A stretch of 63,655 bases of DNA, counting the filler, from Gemmatimonadota bacterium (GTDB lineage Bacteria > 4572-55 > J002), in NCBI GenBank assembly GCA_003697105.1. It is 6 parts of 6 records of this genome, joined end to end, with 100 filler letters (N's around TTAATTAATTAA, not from the genome) between each part and the next. Parts side by side here need not be neighbours in the genome. Positions count along the whole stretch, not along the records: positions 41,073 to 51,636 come from RFFQ01000146.1; positions 51,737 to 60,742 come from RFFQ01000150.1; 4 more parts are not named here. One strand, written 5' to 3'. Under the pieces are notes generated by a model. It saw only the letters and a program-made list of their open reading frames with translations, was not told where the DNA came from and did not search any database. Shown here one piece after another: positions 47,695-56,861 of the stretch (position 1 is the first letter of the stretch; every line of letters starts with the position of its first letter). A program made the position numbers and the translations under genes.

Positions 47695-48060
47695 ATGGAA
47701 CGAATCCCAATTATCAAAATCGAAGGTATGTTGGTTATTTCGGTTCAGACAGACCTGCACGACAAACTCGCACTTCAACTTCAAGAGGATATTCTCAACC
47801 ACATTCAAGATACAGGTGCACGCGGTATCCTCATTGACCTGAGTGCTATTGATATTGTGGATAGTTTTATGGGGCGAGTACTCAGTGATACGGCACATAT
47901 GGCACGGATTTTAGGCGCAACTACGGTTATTGTTGGGATTCAGCCGGAAGTAGCGATTACGCTGGTGGAATTAGGACTAGATTTGCAAGGTGTTCATGTG
48001 GCACTTAATGCCGATCGCGGGATGGATTTGCTCCGGCAGTTACAACGAGAGGGGTTTTAA
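47695..48060 (+). CDS. rsbS: STAS-domain stressosome protein RsbS
   Basis: MERIPIIK, IDLSAIDIVDSF (phospho-Ser site), VGIQPEVAITLVELGL. Confidence 0.9.
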   Translation: MERIPIIKIEGMLVISVQTDLHDKLALQLQEDILNHIQDTGARGILIDLSAIDIVDSFMGRVLSDTAHMARILGATTVIVGIQPEVAITLVELGLDLQGVHVALNADRGMDLLRQLQREGF

Positions 48061-48062
48061 CG

Positions 48063-48470
48063 GTGTCAGTAACCCAAACAGAAACAGTGCGCGTCACCTC
48101 CGAACCCGATATTGTGACCGCGCGGCAAAAAGCCCGCCAAGTGGCGAAACAGATTGGCTTCTCCATGGTTAATCAGATTAAGATTGCTACGGGGGTTTCG
48201 GAGCTAGCGCGGAATATCATCAAATATGGCGGTTCCGATGGTCAAGTGGAAATCAGTGTTCGTGAAGAGAATGGTAAAAAAGGCATTTTGATCGTCTGTT
48301 CGGATCAGGGTCCCGGCATTGAGGATATTGATCAGGCGATGCAGGACGGTTACACAACTGCCGGCGGCTTGGGGGCGGGCTTACCCGGCACAAAACGATT
48401 AATGGATGAATTCAAGGTTGAAAGTACCGTAGGGGAAGGGACAACGGTTACGTGTTGTAAGTGGTTGTGA
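48063..48470 (+). CDS. rsbT: Ser/Thr kinase RsbT
   Basis: DIVTARQ, SELARNI, DQGPGI, DGYTT, GLGAGLPG..RLMDEF. Confidence 0.9.
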   Translation: MSVTQTETVRVTSEPDIVTARQKARQVAKQIGFSMVNQIKIATGVSELARNIIKYGGSDGQVEISVREENGKKGILIVCSDQGPGIEDIDQAMQDGYTTAGGLGAGLPGTKRLMDEFKVESTVGEGTTVTCCKWL

Positions 48471-48515
48471 ATAAATGCTTTGACCTCCTCTATTTGTCGG
48501 GGATGACGCATCGGC

Positions 48516-48917
48516 ATGGATGATCTTATCATCGAGATAAACGCCGATGCCGATGTGATGATTGCTCAAATTCGTGCGCGCAAATTCGCATCGGCGCTGG
48601 GGTTTTCCAAACCGGAAGCTACGGCGGTGGCAATTGTAGTTTCGGAACTCAGTCAAAATATTGTCACGTATGGTCACGGTGGACAGATCACTATTTCTTC
48701 ACTTCACACATCTGGCGTTGGCTTACAGATTGTCGCTACCGATCACGGCCCGGGCATCCACAATATCGAACAAGCCTTGAAAGATGGGTTTACGACGGGT
48801 AAAAGTTTAGGCATCGGTCTGCCGGCAGTAAAACGGTTGATGGATGAATTTGAAATCAAAACAGGGCTCGATCAGGGCACCACAATTACTGTAAAAAAAT
48901 GGATCAAAACTACATAA
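48516..48917 (+). CDS. rsbT: Second RsbT-like kinase
   Basis: SELSQNI, DHGPGI, DGFTT, SLGIGLPAVKRLMDEF. Confidence 0.85.
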   Translation: MDDLIIEINADADVMIAQIRARKFASALGFSKPEATAVAIVVSELSQNIVTYGHGGQITISSLHTSGVGLQIVATDHGPGIHNIEQALKDGFTTGKSLGIGLPAVKRLMDEFEIKTGLDQGTTITVKKWIKTT

Positions 48918-49483
48918 CTGTAGGGGTATCATCCCGGCCGCATCCCAAAGAGACCCTGAACGGCGACGGCTATTTTTTTGAGTACTATCCAGACCGGTTT
49001 GTCGCGGCGGTCATTGATGGTCTAGGTCACGGTCGTGGTGCAAACCTTGCCACCACGGCGGCGCTGGAATACCTTCAGACTCACGGAAGTGAACCCGTGA
49101 CACGGTTATTAGAAGGAATGCATCAGGCGCTACGCCCCACGCGAGGGGCAGTGGTCGCCGTCATGCACTTTGATTATCCCCAAAAACGATTGACGTTTGC
49201 CGGTATCGGCAATATTACCGTACGAACCATCTATCCAGATGGAATGAAATTTTTTTCATTGAATGGTATCATTGGGCAAAATTTGCGAAAAGTGCGAGAA
49301 ATTGTGCTACCGTGTGAAAGCCCCTTCTGTTTTGTCTTACATTCCGATGGTATCCAGAGTAAATTTGATCATCGTGTTGTGGATACAACCCAGAATTTGG
49401 ATGATGTGGCTCGGATGATTGTCGCGGAATTTTCGCGACCCAATGATGATGCAACGGTAATGATCCTGAAGGGACAACTTTAG
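48899..49483 (+). CDS. rsbX: RsbX-like SpoIIE/PP2C phosphatase
   Basis: NGD, IDGLGHG, TRGAV, GIGNI, HSDGI, DDAT. Confidence 0.8.
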   Translation: MDQNYITVGVSSRPHPKETLNGDGYFFEYYPDRFVAAVIDGLGHGRGANLATTAALEYLQTHGSEPVTRLLEGMHQALRPTRGAVVAVMHFDYPQKRLTFAGIGNITVRTIYPDGMKFFSLNGIIGQNLRKVREIVLPCESPFCFVLHSDGIQSKFDHRVVDTTQNLDDVARMIVAEFSRPNDDATVMILKGQL

Positions 49484-49509
49484 CGGATCCAACGGGATGA
49501 GGTAACACC

Positions 49510-50346
49510 ATGCTAAACTTTCAAAAAATGTTGATTGATGCGTTCACAACGGAATTGGAGACCGCATTTATCCGTACCTATGGGGACTTAAAACGAGATT
49601 TTAGCTCTTTTTTTGCTTGGGCGGGTCGGCTAGCCCTTGAAAATATCTGCAACTCGGATTTGCTATACCATAATGTGGACCATACCATGCTTGTTGCCTT
49701 GGCGGGTCAAGAGATTTTGATTGGAAAACATCTAAGTGAAGGCGGAGTTTCTCCGGGGGATTGGACCCATGTTTTGCTCGCCTTACTTTGCCACGATATT
49801 GGATATGTCCGGGGTGTTTGCCAGAATGATGGCAACGGAAAATATGCGACGGGGGTTGGTTCCGAGGTGGTCGAACTCCCCGCCGGGGGTGCCGATGCGG
49901 CATTAGCCCCGTATCATGTGGATCGAAGTAAACTGTTTATTCGAGAACGGTTTGGGGGGCGCTTAATGATCGACCTAGACCCAGACAGAGTTGAGTCATA
50001 CATTGAAATGACGCGGTTCCCACCCCCGGATGATGCCTTCTATAAGGATACTACCGGTTATGGCGGGTTGGTCCGGGCGGCAGATTTTATCGGGCAACTT
50101 GGTGACCCAAACTACCTCCGCAAGATTCCGGCATTGTTTTATGAATTTGAAGAAATCGGTCTGAATGAAAAAAGCGGGTATAAAAATCCGCAAGATATGC
50201 GGCAAAACTACGCCAAATTTTATTGGGATGTCGTCAGCCCGTACATTCAACCGGCGTTGAAATATTTACGGATTACACAGGAAGGTAAACAGTGGATTGC
50301 AAATTTGTATGCGAATGTGTTCTCGGTGGAGCACAATCAAGGATAA
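49510..50346 (+). CDS. HD-domain metal-dependent phosphohydrolase (Npun_R2479-like)
   Basis: YHNVDHT, CHDIGY, YHVDRS, AADFIGQLGDPNYLRK. Confidence 0.8.
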   Translation: MLNFQKMLIDAFTTELETAFIRTYGDLKRDFSSFFAWAGRLALENICNSDLLYHNVDHTMLVALAGQEILIGKHLSEGGVSPGDWTHVLLALLCHDIGYVRGVCQNDGNGKYATGVGSEVVELPAGGADAALAPYHVDRSKLFIRERFGGRLMIDLDPDRVESYIEMTRFPPPDDAFYKDTTGYGGLVRAADFIGQLGDPNYLRKIPALFYEFEEIGLNEKSGYKNPQDMRQNYAKFYWDVVSPYIQPALKYLRITQEGKQWIANLYANVFSVEHNQG

Positions 50347-50347
50347 G

Positions 50348-51634
50348 TCAGGCTTTTTTCAGAATAAAATAGAAGATACTACCCTCTCCTTTCTTACTTT
50401 CAACCCCAACGCGTCCTCCCAGTTTTTCCACAATCCGTTGAACAATGGATAAACCGAGTCCTTGTCCTTGGGCACGCACCTGATGCAAGCGGGTAAACTC
50501 CGTAAACAAGCGTTGTTGATCGGCAATTGAAAGCCCCTCGCCGTTATCTTTCACCCAAAATTTAATCTCGTCATTTTCGAGTTCAGTAAAGCCCAGTTCC
50601 ACCCGCGGGGGCTCACCCCCGTATTTTAAAGCATTGCTGATGTAATTTGCCAATACTTCCTCAATCCACGGTTCGTAACCCATGGCAGGGGGCCAGGACT
50701 CTGGTTCAAGGATGTCCGCCTGATGCTTTTTGATCATGTAATCGAGCCGGTGTTTTACCTCCGAGACCACTCGGTGGATATCCATGGGCACCTGATTTAC
50801 TTCTTGCTTGCGCACACTGGCGAGAAGAAGTAATTCATTGATAATATTTTTCATCCGGCGGGCATTGACATTGATGTCCCGAACACAATCTTTCCGGTTC
50901 TCGTCCGTCATACTGTCGTAAAAGGAGTCTAGCATTTGTGCAAATCCCATCAAGCCGGTTAAGGGGCTTTTTAGGTCGTGAGCGACCGTATGGGCAAACG
51001 CATCGAGTTCTTCGTTCCGTTTCTTCAGTTCTTCTTCGGCGAGCTTTCGTTCGGTGATGTCCCGAATAATCACCAGTAAATCATCCACAATGTTGACGGC
51101 GGCAATCCGGGCTTCATAAAAGCGAAGTTGACCATTTGTAATTTGATCATATTCAACCACGTCAATTTCATTGGATTCCAAAAAATCTTTGGCGGAATGT
51201 ATGACATGATGAGCAATTTCGGCGGGTAATATGGTATCAATGGTTTTTCCCACAAATTCATTACTGGAGGTCTCCTTGTCCGCTTGACGCCCGATTTTGT
51301 AATCCACAATGATACCTTCTTTGGTGATCTGGAACATTGAATCGGGGATCGCATTGAGAAGGGCTTGGTATTGAGCTTCACTTTTGTGAAGGGCGCGTTC
51401 GGCGAGTTTTTGATCCGTAATATCCCGGGCAATCCCACAAATTCCGGTAATTTCACCAAAAATATTACGCATGGGGGCTTTGACCGAGCGGAACGTAATC
51501 GGAATACCCCGCACCGTATTGATATGTTCTTCTTCGATGGTGTTACCTTCCAGTACCGCGATATCCGGTTTTTCGGTATTTTGACCCGCTTCTTCACCGA
51601 AAATTTCCCGGTCTGTTTTGCCCAATAGTTCAGA
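50348..51634 (-). CDS. PAS-PAS histidine kinase, 5'-truncated
   Basis: Frame open to the contig edge. PAC/PAS, VAHDLKSPL, NYISNALKY, DNGEG, GLGL. Confidence 0.9.
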   Translation of the reverse strand, partial: SELLGKTDREIFGEEAGQNTEKPDIAVLEGNTIEEEHINTVRGIPITFRSVKAPMRNIFGEITGICGIARDITDQKLAERALHKSEAQYQALLNAIPDSMFQITKEGIIVDYKIGRQADKETSSNEFVGKTIDTILPAEIAHHVIHSAKDFLESNEIDVVEYDQITNGQLRFYEARIAAVNIVDDLLVIIRDITERKLAEEELKKRNEELDAFAHTVAHDLKSPLTGLMGFAQMLDSFYDSMTDENRKDCVRDINVNARRMKNIINELLLLASVRKQEVNQVPMDIHRVVSEVKHRLDYMIKKHQADILEPESWPPAMGYEPWIEEVLANYISNALKYGGEPPRVELGFTELENDEIKFWVKDNGEGLSIADQQRLFTEFTRLHQVRAQGQGLGLSIVQRIVEKLGGRVGVESKKGEGSIFYFILKKA

Positions 51635-51636
51635 CG

Positions 51637-51736
51637 NNNNNNNNNNNNNNNNNNNNNNNNNNNNNNNNNNNNNNNNNNNNTTAATTAATTAANNNNNNNN
51701 NNNNNNNNNNNNNNNNNNNNNNNNNNNNNNNNNNNN
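51637..51736. other. Artificial contig linker
   Basis: N-runs plus TTAATTAATTAA. Confidence 0.98.
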
Positions 51737-51971
51737 ACGAACCTCTCGCACCGGAAATTGGCTCACAAAATCGTCCATTTACGATCCGATAGGGGACTTA
51801 CGCCCCCGATCCGTTCCATTTTTTCCGGTGTGCATTGCTTCTAGCAATAAACAAATCCGGCTGGTTGTCAAGTCAATTAATTCGGACAGATGTATTTTCA
51901 ATTTAATCTTGACAATCGATAGGTGTCACTGTTTTTTTGGCTATCTAATTTTAGTTAGTAGGACGACCCCC

Positions 51972-53990
51972 ATGCCAACATCCAAATCTAAGCGCACCGT
52001 TTCAAATTCAAAACGATTAACACCGCTTATCTTTAGCCTAATCGTTGGGCTTTGGGGGGCGGTGCTTTATGCGAACACTTTGGGGCACGGTTTTGTCTTT
52101 GATGATTTTTTTGTGATCCGTGATAACTGGTTGGTAAAAAAAGGCATTTCCAGTATTCCCCAATTGATTTCCACCCCTTATTTATACGGCTTTTCTCCGG
52201 CGAGCAATGATTATTACCGTCCGTTTTCTCTGGTGATGTTTGCTGTGGAATGGCATCTTTCGCCCAACAATCCGGCCATTCATCATACGGTGAGCGTTTT
52301 GATGTATGCGCTCACCGGTATCGTGTTGTTTTACACCCTTGCTACGATTCTTAGGCGCTATCATCTTATCTTACCGTTTGTGGTGAGTCTGTTATTTATA
52401 GCGCACCCCATCCATACAGAAGTGGTTGCCAACATCAAAGCACGCGACATTTTGATGGCATTTTTCTGGTCATTACTGGCATTTCAATGTTTATGGCTGT
52501 TCCTAAGGAAAAAGGGCATTCTGTGGCTCTTACTTTCGTTGCTTAGTTATTTTTTCGCCCTGACCTGCCGCGAAAATGCGATCACAATATTAGCCATTTT
52601 CCCATTGTTGCTCTATTTTTTCGGGGAGGTTTCGTGGCGGCGATGGTTTGTTCTCAGTAGCTTATATTTTATTCCAACTGGTTTTTTTCTGTTTATTCGG
52701 GCGACGGTCATTGGTTTGGAGGGACATGATCCGCGCCTTTTTTGGTTGATGTTTTTAGTACCGGTGGTGATATACGGCGTCACGCGGATTCGCACCAATT
52801 TTCCGTTTCGTATTGGGGATCGGTGGTTGTGGGTTGGCATCGGGTTTCTGACCCTCACGGTCGGGGGAGTGTTTTGCGGGTGGGCCGCGACGTCTGTAGG
52901 TAATTTTAATATTCGTTTTCCATCCACGATTGTGATGATCGGGCGGTATCTTTTTAAATTAGTCTATCCCCATCCGTTGGTGTCCGATGCGTCTTACAAC
53001 CAGCACCCCGGCGTACTTTTTACACACTGGAAGGCAATTCTATCCAGTAGTGTGTTAGGGCTGATGGCACTATATGCAATTATCACAGCGCCTCGTAAAC
53101 ATCTGCCTGCCTTTGGGATATTGTATTTCTTCGTCTTAATGTCATTGTATGCCTATTTTACCTTAATGCGGAGCGTACCCTATGGGGAACGCTTTCTCTA
53201 TGCCAGTTCACTTGGATTTTGCCTTGTGCTGGGTTACGGCATGTTAAAACTGCTTCGGTATGATCTAACACCGGCTCCCTTACCGGGAATACCGGTGTTC
53301 CTGCGGCAGTATGCGGTCTTATGGTCTGTGCTGTCAGTCATTTTGGGTTTGTATGCGTTCAAAACGGTAACCCGCAATCTGGATTGGAAGAGTAACGCCA
53401 CGTTGCGCAGCCAAGATGTGCAAACCTCGCCGAACAGTGGACGGATGCACTATTACTACGGTTTAACACTGATGGAAGATAAAGCGATGGAGGCGGATTC
53501 GGAGACGGAAAAGATCCAATATTTACGGGAAGCCATCAAGGAATTCAAAAAAGCCACGCAACTTGATCCCTACTTGAAAGAACCCTACGGACAGTTGGGA
53601 GTTGCCTATATGCGGCTAGGGGAATACAAAAAAGCCCGGAAAAATTTTGAGAAGGCAATTAAAAACGCTTTAGTTTACAATAACTTAGGGATTCTATATT
53701 ACGCTGAAGGGGATACCGTAAAAGCCCTGCAAGCCTTTGAACAAGCCACCCGGATTGACCCGAATTTAGCCAATGCCCATTTCAACATCGGTATGATTCG
53801 CGGTGGGCAAGGGCAGTATGCCCTAGGTATTCAACACTTGATGCGGGCGGCGGCGTGTGACCCGTTCAACGCGCCCACGTATTATAATATTGGCTTGTTG
53901 TACCGGTTGTTAGGTGATGAGCCGACGGGCAACCGGTATCTGGAAAAGGCATACCAACTCGACCCCAGCTTACGCCCCAATTCACCGTAA
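51972..53990 (+). CDS. TMTC-like GT-C glycosyltransferase with C-terminal TPRs
   Basis: FVFDD, YYRP, AHPIHTEVVANI, ERFLY, RNLDW, multiple TM helices, TPRs. ATG 51972 preferred. Confidence 0.85.
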   Translation: MPTSKSKRTVSNSKRLTPLIFSLIVGLWGAVLYANTLGHGFVFDDFFVIRDNWLVKKGISSIPQLISTPYLYGFSPASNDYYRPFSLVMFAVEWHLSPNNPAIHHTVSVLMYALTGIVLFYTLATILRRYHLILPFVVSLLFIAHPIHTEVVANIKARDILMAFFWSLLAFQCLWLFLRKKGILWLLLSLLSYFFALTCRENAITILAIFPLLLYFFGEVSWRRWFVLSSLYFIPTGFFLFIRATVIGLEGHDPRLFWLMFLVPVVIYGVTRIRTNFPFRIGDRWLWVGIGFLTLTVGGVFCGWAATSVGNFNIRFPSTIVMIGRYLFKLVYPHPLVSDASYNQHPGVLFTHWKAILSSSVLGLMALYAIITAPRKHLPAFGILYFFVLMSLYAYFTLMRSVPYGERFLYASSLGFCLVLGYGMLKLLRYDLTPAPLPGIPVFLRQYAVLWSVLSVILGLYAFKTVTRNLDWKSNATLRSQDVQTSPNSGRMHYYYGLTLMEDKAMEADSETEKIQYLREAIKEFKKATQLDPYLKEPYGQLGVAYMRLGEYKKARKNFEKAIKNALVYNNLGILYYAEGDTVKALQAFEQATRIDPNLANAHFNIGMIRGGQGQYALGIQHLMRAAACDPFNAPTYYNIGLLYRLLGDEPTGNRYLEKAYQLDPSLRPNSP

Positions 53991-54045
53991 TGCTCCCGCG
54001 GGTACAGTGGATAGGGGCACCGCTCTGCCAGTTTGTGCGAGCGCG

Positions 54046-54150
54046 TGTCAGGTGGATACTGACATTCTGGCTTGCCCTCCTATTTTTGGATATGTTTTGA
54101 GTATAACACTTTTATTATCAGTATTTTATGAGTTTGGCATTTAATATGCT
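54046..54150 (+). promoter_or_regulatory. Sigma54 (-24/-12) promoter with upstream palindromic activator site
   Basis: TGGCATTTAATATGCT (54135-54150) has exact GG-N10-GC spacing. TGTCAG-N7-CTGACA lies at 54046-54064. Confidence 0.65.
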
Positions 54151-54299
54151 GAATAAAGGTGACGTAACCGGTATCGGGTAGGCATAGCGGTTCATCTTGA
54201 CCTTTTTGTATAGATTCATTACTATTGAACTGAAACTGAAATCCACGATAACCCGAAACAACGTCTCAGACATCAACTGTCCTGAAAGGAGGGCACGTC

Positions 54300-54983
54300 A
54301 TGTTCTTCTTTGACCCAACGTTTTTACTGCTAATTCCAGCCATGTTACTGGCATTTTATGCCCAAAACAAAGTGACCCGGACTTACAAAAAATATCGTCA
54401 GATTGCCTCCATGCGAGGCATGACTGGTGCGCAAGTGGCTCAACACATTTTACAACAGCGTGGCTTGTACGATGTTGCGGTGCGAGAGACTCGCGGTTTT
54501 CTAGCAGATAACTATAATCCGGCGAATAAGACCGTCAATCTTTCTTCCGATATTTTCCACGGGCGATCCTTAGCCGCCCTGGCGGTTGCCGCCCATGAAG
54601 TGGGCCATGCTTTGCAAGATGCGAACGGCTATATGCCCCTTAAATTACGAGCCAGCTTTGTTCCGTTGGCGAATTTAGGCAGTTTTGCGGTATTCCCGTT
54701 AGCCATTGGCGGTATTTTGTTGCAAAGCGTGGGCTTGATCGACCTGGCGATTTACCTGTATTCGGCAGTGGTGGCATTTCACCTGATCACCTTGCCCGTC
54801 GAATTCAACGCCAGTAACCGTGCTCTGAAAATTCTGGGTACAAACGGCTATTTGTATGATACCGAAGTCATTGGTGCGAAAAAAGTCCTGAATGCCGCCG
54901 CTCTGACCTACGTGGCTTCAACGGTTGTGGCGGTGATGGAATTAATCCGGCTGTTGATTTTCCGATCCATGATGAATGACTAA
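54300..54983 (+). CDS. Membrane zinc metallopeptidase (Zn_peptidase_2/YugP-like)
   Basis: AAHEVGHALQ, TLPVEFNAS, AAALTYV. Confidence 0.92.
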   Translation: MFFFDPTFLLLIPAMLLAFYAQNKVTRTYKKYRQIASMRGMTGAQVAQHILQQRGLYDVAVRETRGFLADNYNPANKTVNLSSDIFHGRSLAALAVAAHEVGHALQDANGYMPLKLRASFVPLANLGSFAVFPLAIGGILLQSVGLIDLAIYLYSAVVAFHLITLPVEFNASNRALKILGTNGYLYDTEVIGAKKVLNAAALTYVASTVVAVMELIRLLIFRSMMND

Positions 54984-54997
54984 AAGGAGTGATAGGC

Positions 54998-55471
54998 ATG
55001 TCCTCAATTCAACATATTGATGAACCCATGACACGCCGTTCGTCTCCCCAACCGGATGATGATGAGCGCTATTTACGATTGCTTTCCGAATTTACGAACT
55101 ACAAACGGCGAACCGAGCAAGAAAAGCGCGAGCTAGCCGATTATGTTCGGGCGGAAACATATCGCAAATTGTTACCCATTTTAGATGATTTTGACCGGCT
55201 GATGTCGCATCAGGAGCAGGATGAACGCCGTTTAATAGAGGGAGTCACTCTGATTTATAATAAGTTACGCTCTCACTTGGCGCAGGAAGGCTTAGTGCCG
55301 GAATCTCCACAGGATGAACCGTTTGATCCCAACCAACATGATGCGTTTTTGACCCAACCCACCGATGATCCCACCGCGGACCAAACGGTGGCGCAAGTCT
55401 TGGAAAAAGGTTATCGATTTAAGGGGAAATTGATTCGACCAGCGAAAGTCGCCGTTGCGCAGTACACGTAG
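54998..55471 (+). CDS. grpE: Nucleotide exchange factor GrpE
   Basis: SEFTNYKRR, LLPILDDFDR, FDPNQHDA, KGY..IRPAKVAV. Confidence 0.92.
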   Translation: MSSIQHIDEPMTRRSSPQPDDDERYLRLLSEFTNYKRRTEQEKRELADYVRAETYRKLLPILDDFDRLMSHQEQDERRLIEGVTLIYNKLRSHLAQEGLVPESPQDEPFDPNQHDAFLTQPTDDPTADQTVAQVLEKGYRFKGKLIRPAKVAVAQYT

Positions 55472-55493
55472 AGTCTGAGGAGAGGTGATACGC

Positions 55494-56372
55494 ATGATCT
55501 CAACGAATAAAGATTATTATAAAATTTTAGGTGTTGATGAAAATGCTTCCGCCGATGAACTGAAAAAAGCGTATCGCAAACTAGCAGTAAAATATCACCC
55601 TGATAAAAACGCCGGTAATAAGAACGCCGAAGAGAAATTTAAGGAAATCAACGAAGCATATGATGTCCTAAAAGACCCCCAAAAACGAGAAGAGTATGAT
55701 ACCTACCGTAAATACGGTCCCATGTATCATCAATTTGGTGGCAATGGAGACTCGGTAAATGTTGACTTTGATGATATCTTTAGCGGATTTCGAGGCGGAG
55801 GGAGCGGCGGTTCTGTGTTCGATGATTTGGGTGATATTTTCAGCCGCTTTCGGGGCGGTGGAAGAAGTGGCAACCCATTTCGCCCGAGAATTCGCTCCGA
55901 GATTACAATTCCGTTTATGACGGCAGTTCAAGGGGGGAATGTTCCGGTACAACTGGGTGGCCAAACCTACAATGTCCATATTCCCCGCGGGATAGAAGAC
56001 GGTGAAACGCTGAACATCCAAAATCCCACGGGAAATGGCGAAGTGATACTCCTTAAAGTGCACGTTCAACCCGATTCGTTCTTCCGCCGGAAAGGGAATG
56101 ACATCTATGTGGACGTGCCCATCAATTTTGCCCAAGCGGCATTGGGTAGTAAGATGCGCGTGCGTACCATCAGTGGTAAAAAAGTCGATCTGAAAATTCC
56201 GGCAGGCACGCAAAGCGGGCAAACCTTCCGCCTGAAAGGGCTGGGAATTTCCACGCCACAAGGTCAAGGCAATATGTATGTTACGGTGAACGTTACCGTA
56301 CCGAAACACTTGACCCCCGAACAGAAGCGGCAGGTTGAACAGTTAGCAACGGCGCTGAACCTCCCGTATTAA
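55494..56372 (+). CDS. dnaJ: Class II J-domain chaperone (DnaJ/CbpA-like, no Zn finger)
   Basis: [13 protein letters not shown] region, DnaJ_C ([13 protein letters not shown]). No CxxCxGxG repeats. Confidence 0.9.
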   Translation: MISTNKDYYKILGVDENASADELKKAYRKLAVKYHPDKNAGNKNAEEKFKEINEAYDVLKDPQKREEYDTYRKYGPMYHQFGGNGDSVNVDFDDIFSGFRGGGSGGSVFDDLGDIFSRFRGGGRSGNPFRPRIRSEITIPFMTAVQGGNVPVQLGGQTYNVHIPRGIEDGETLNIQNPTGNGEVILLKVHVQPDSFFRRKGNDIYVDVPINFAQAALGSKMRVRTISGKKVDLKIPAGTQSGQTFRLKGLGISTPQGQGNMYVTVNVTVPKHLTPEQKRQVEQLATALNLPY

Positions 56373-56407
56373 AATACATCACCAGCAGCGAAACCGATGA
56401 TCCCCTG

Positions 56408-56443
56408 ACCGGTGAGACGGTACCCCGTCTCGCCGGTTTTTTT
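56408..56443 (+). terminator. Rho-independent terminator
   Basis: ACCGGTGAGACGG-TACC-CCGTCTCGCCGGT followed by T-run. Confidence 0.88.
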
Positions 56444-56861
56444 GTACCCCTCCTTCTGGAATGCGCTTTTTCGGTAGCGTTGCCGGCGCATCATGTTCCC
56501 CAAGATAATTTTACGGCATAAAAATATAGATATATAAATTTTTAACTTGACTTTTAGTGTGTTTTTGTACAAATTATCGCACACATGCGATACATGGCGT
56601 GGCGTTCCTTGTAATCGTCATTATCGTAGATAATCGGATTCACATCCGGGATGGTGCAGGCAAAGTCTCCGCACAAAGCACCCAACGATTGCCGTCATTA
56701 TTAACCGCGACCTTATAGAAACAAATGCCGGCATGTTTTTATCAAGGCGTGGTGTTGCGCTTTCCGGCGGAGGAGCCCGTTTCATCAGATTTCGGATGGG
56801 AAATGTTGTTTACTATAAAACTGGATTTATTCATCTATACATAATTTTATCTGAGGTTACT

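Noticed and set aside
56450-56860. Moco/Wco riboswitch or Rex/FNR operator upstream of psrA
   Set aside because: I could not match the consensus elements by eye. An Rfam or motif scan would be needed.
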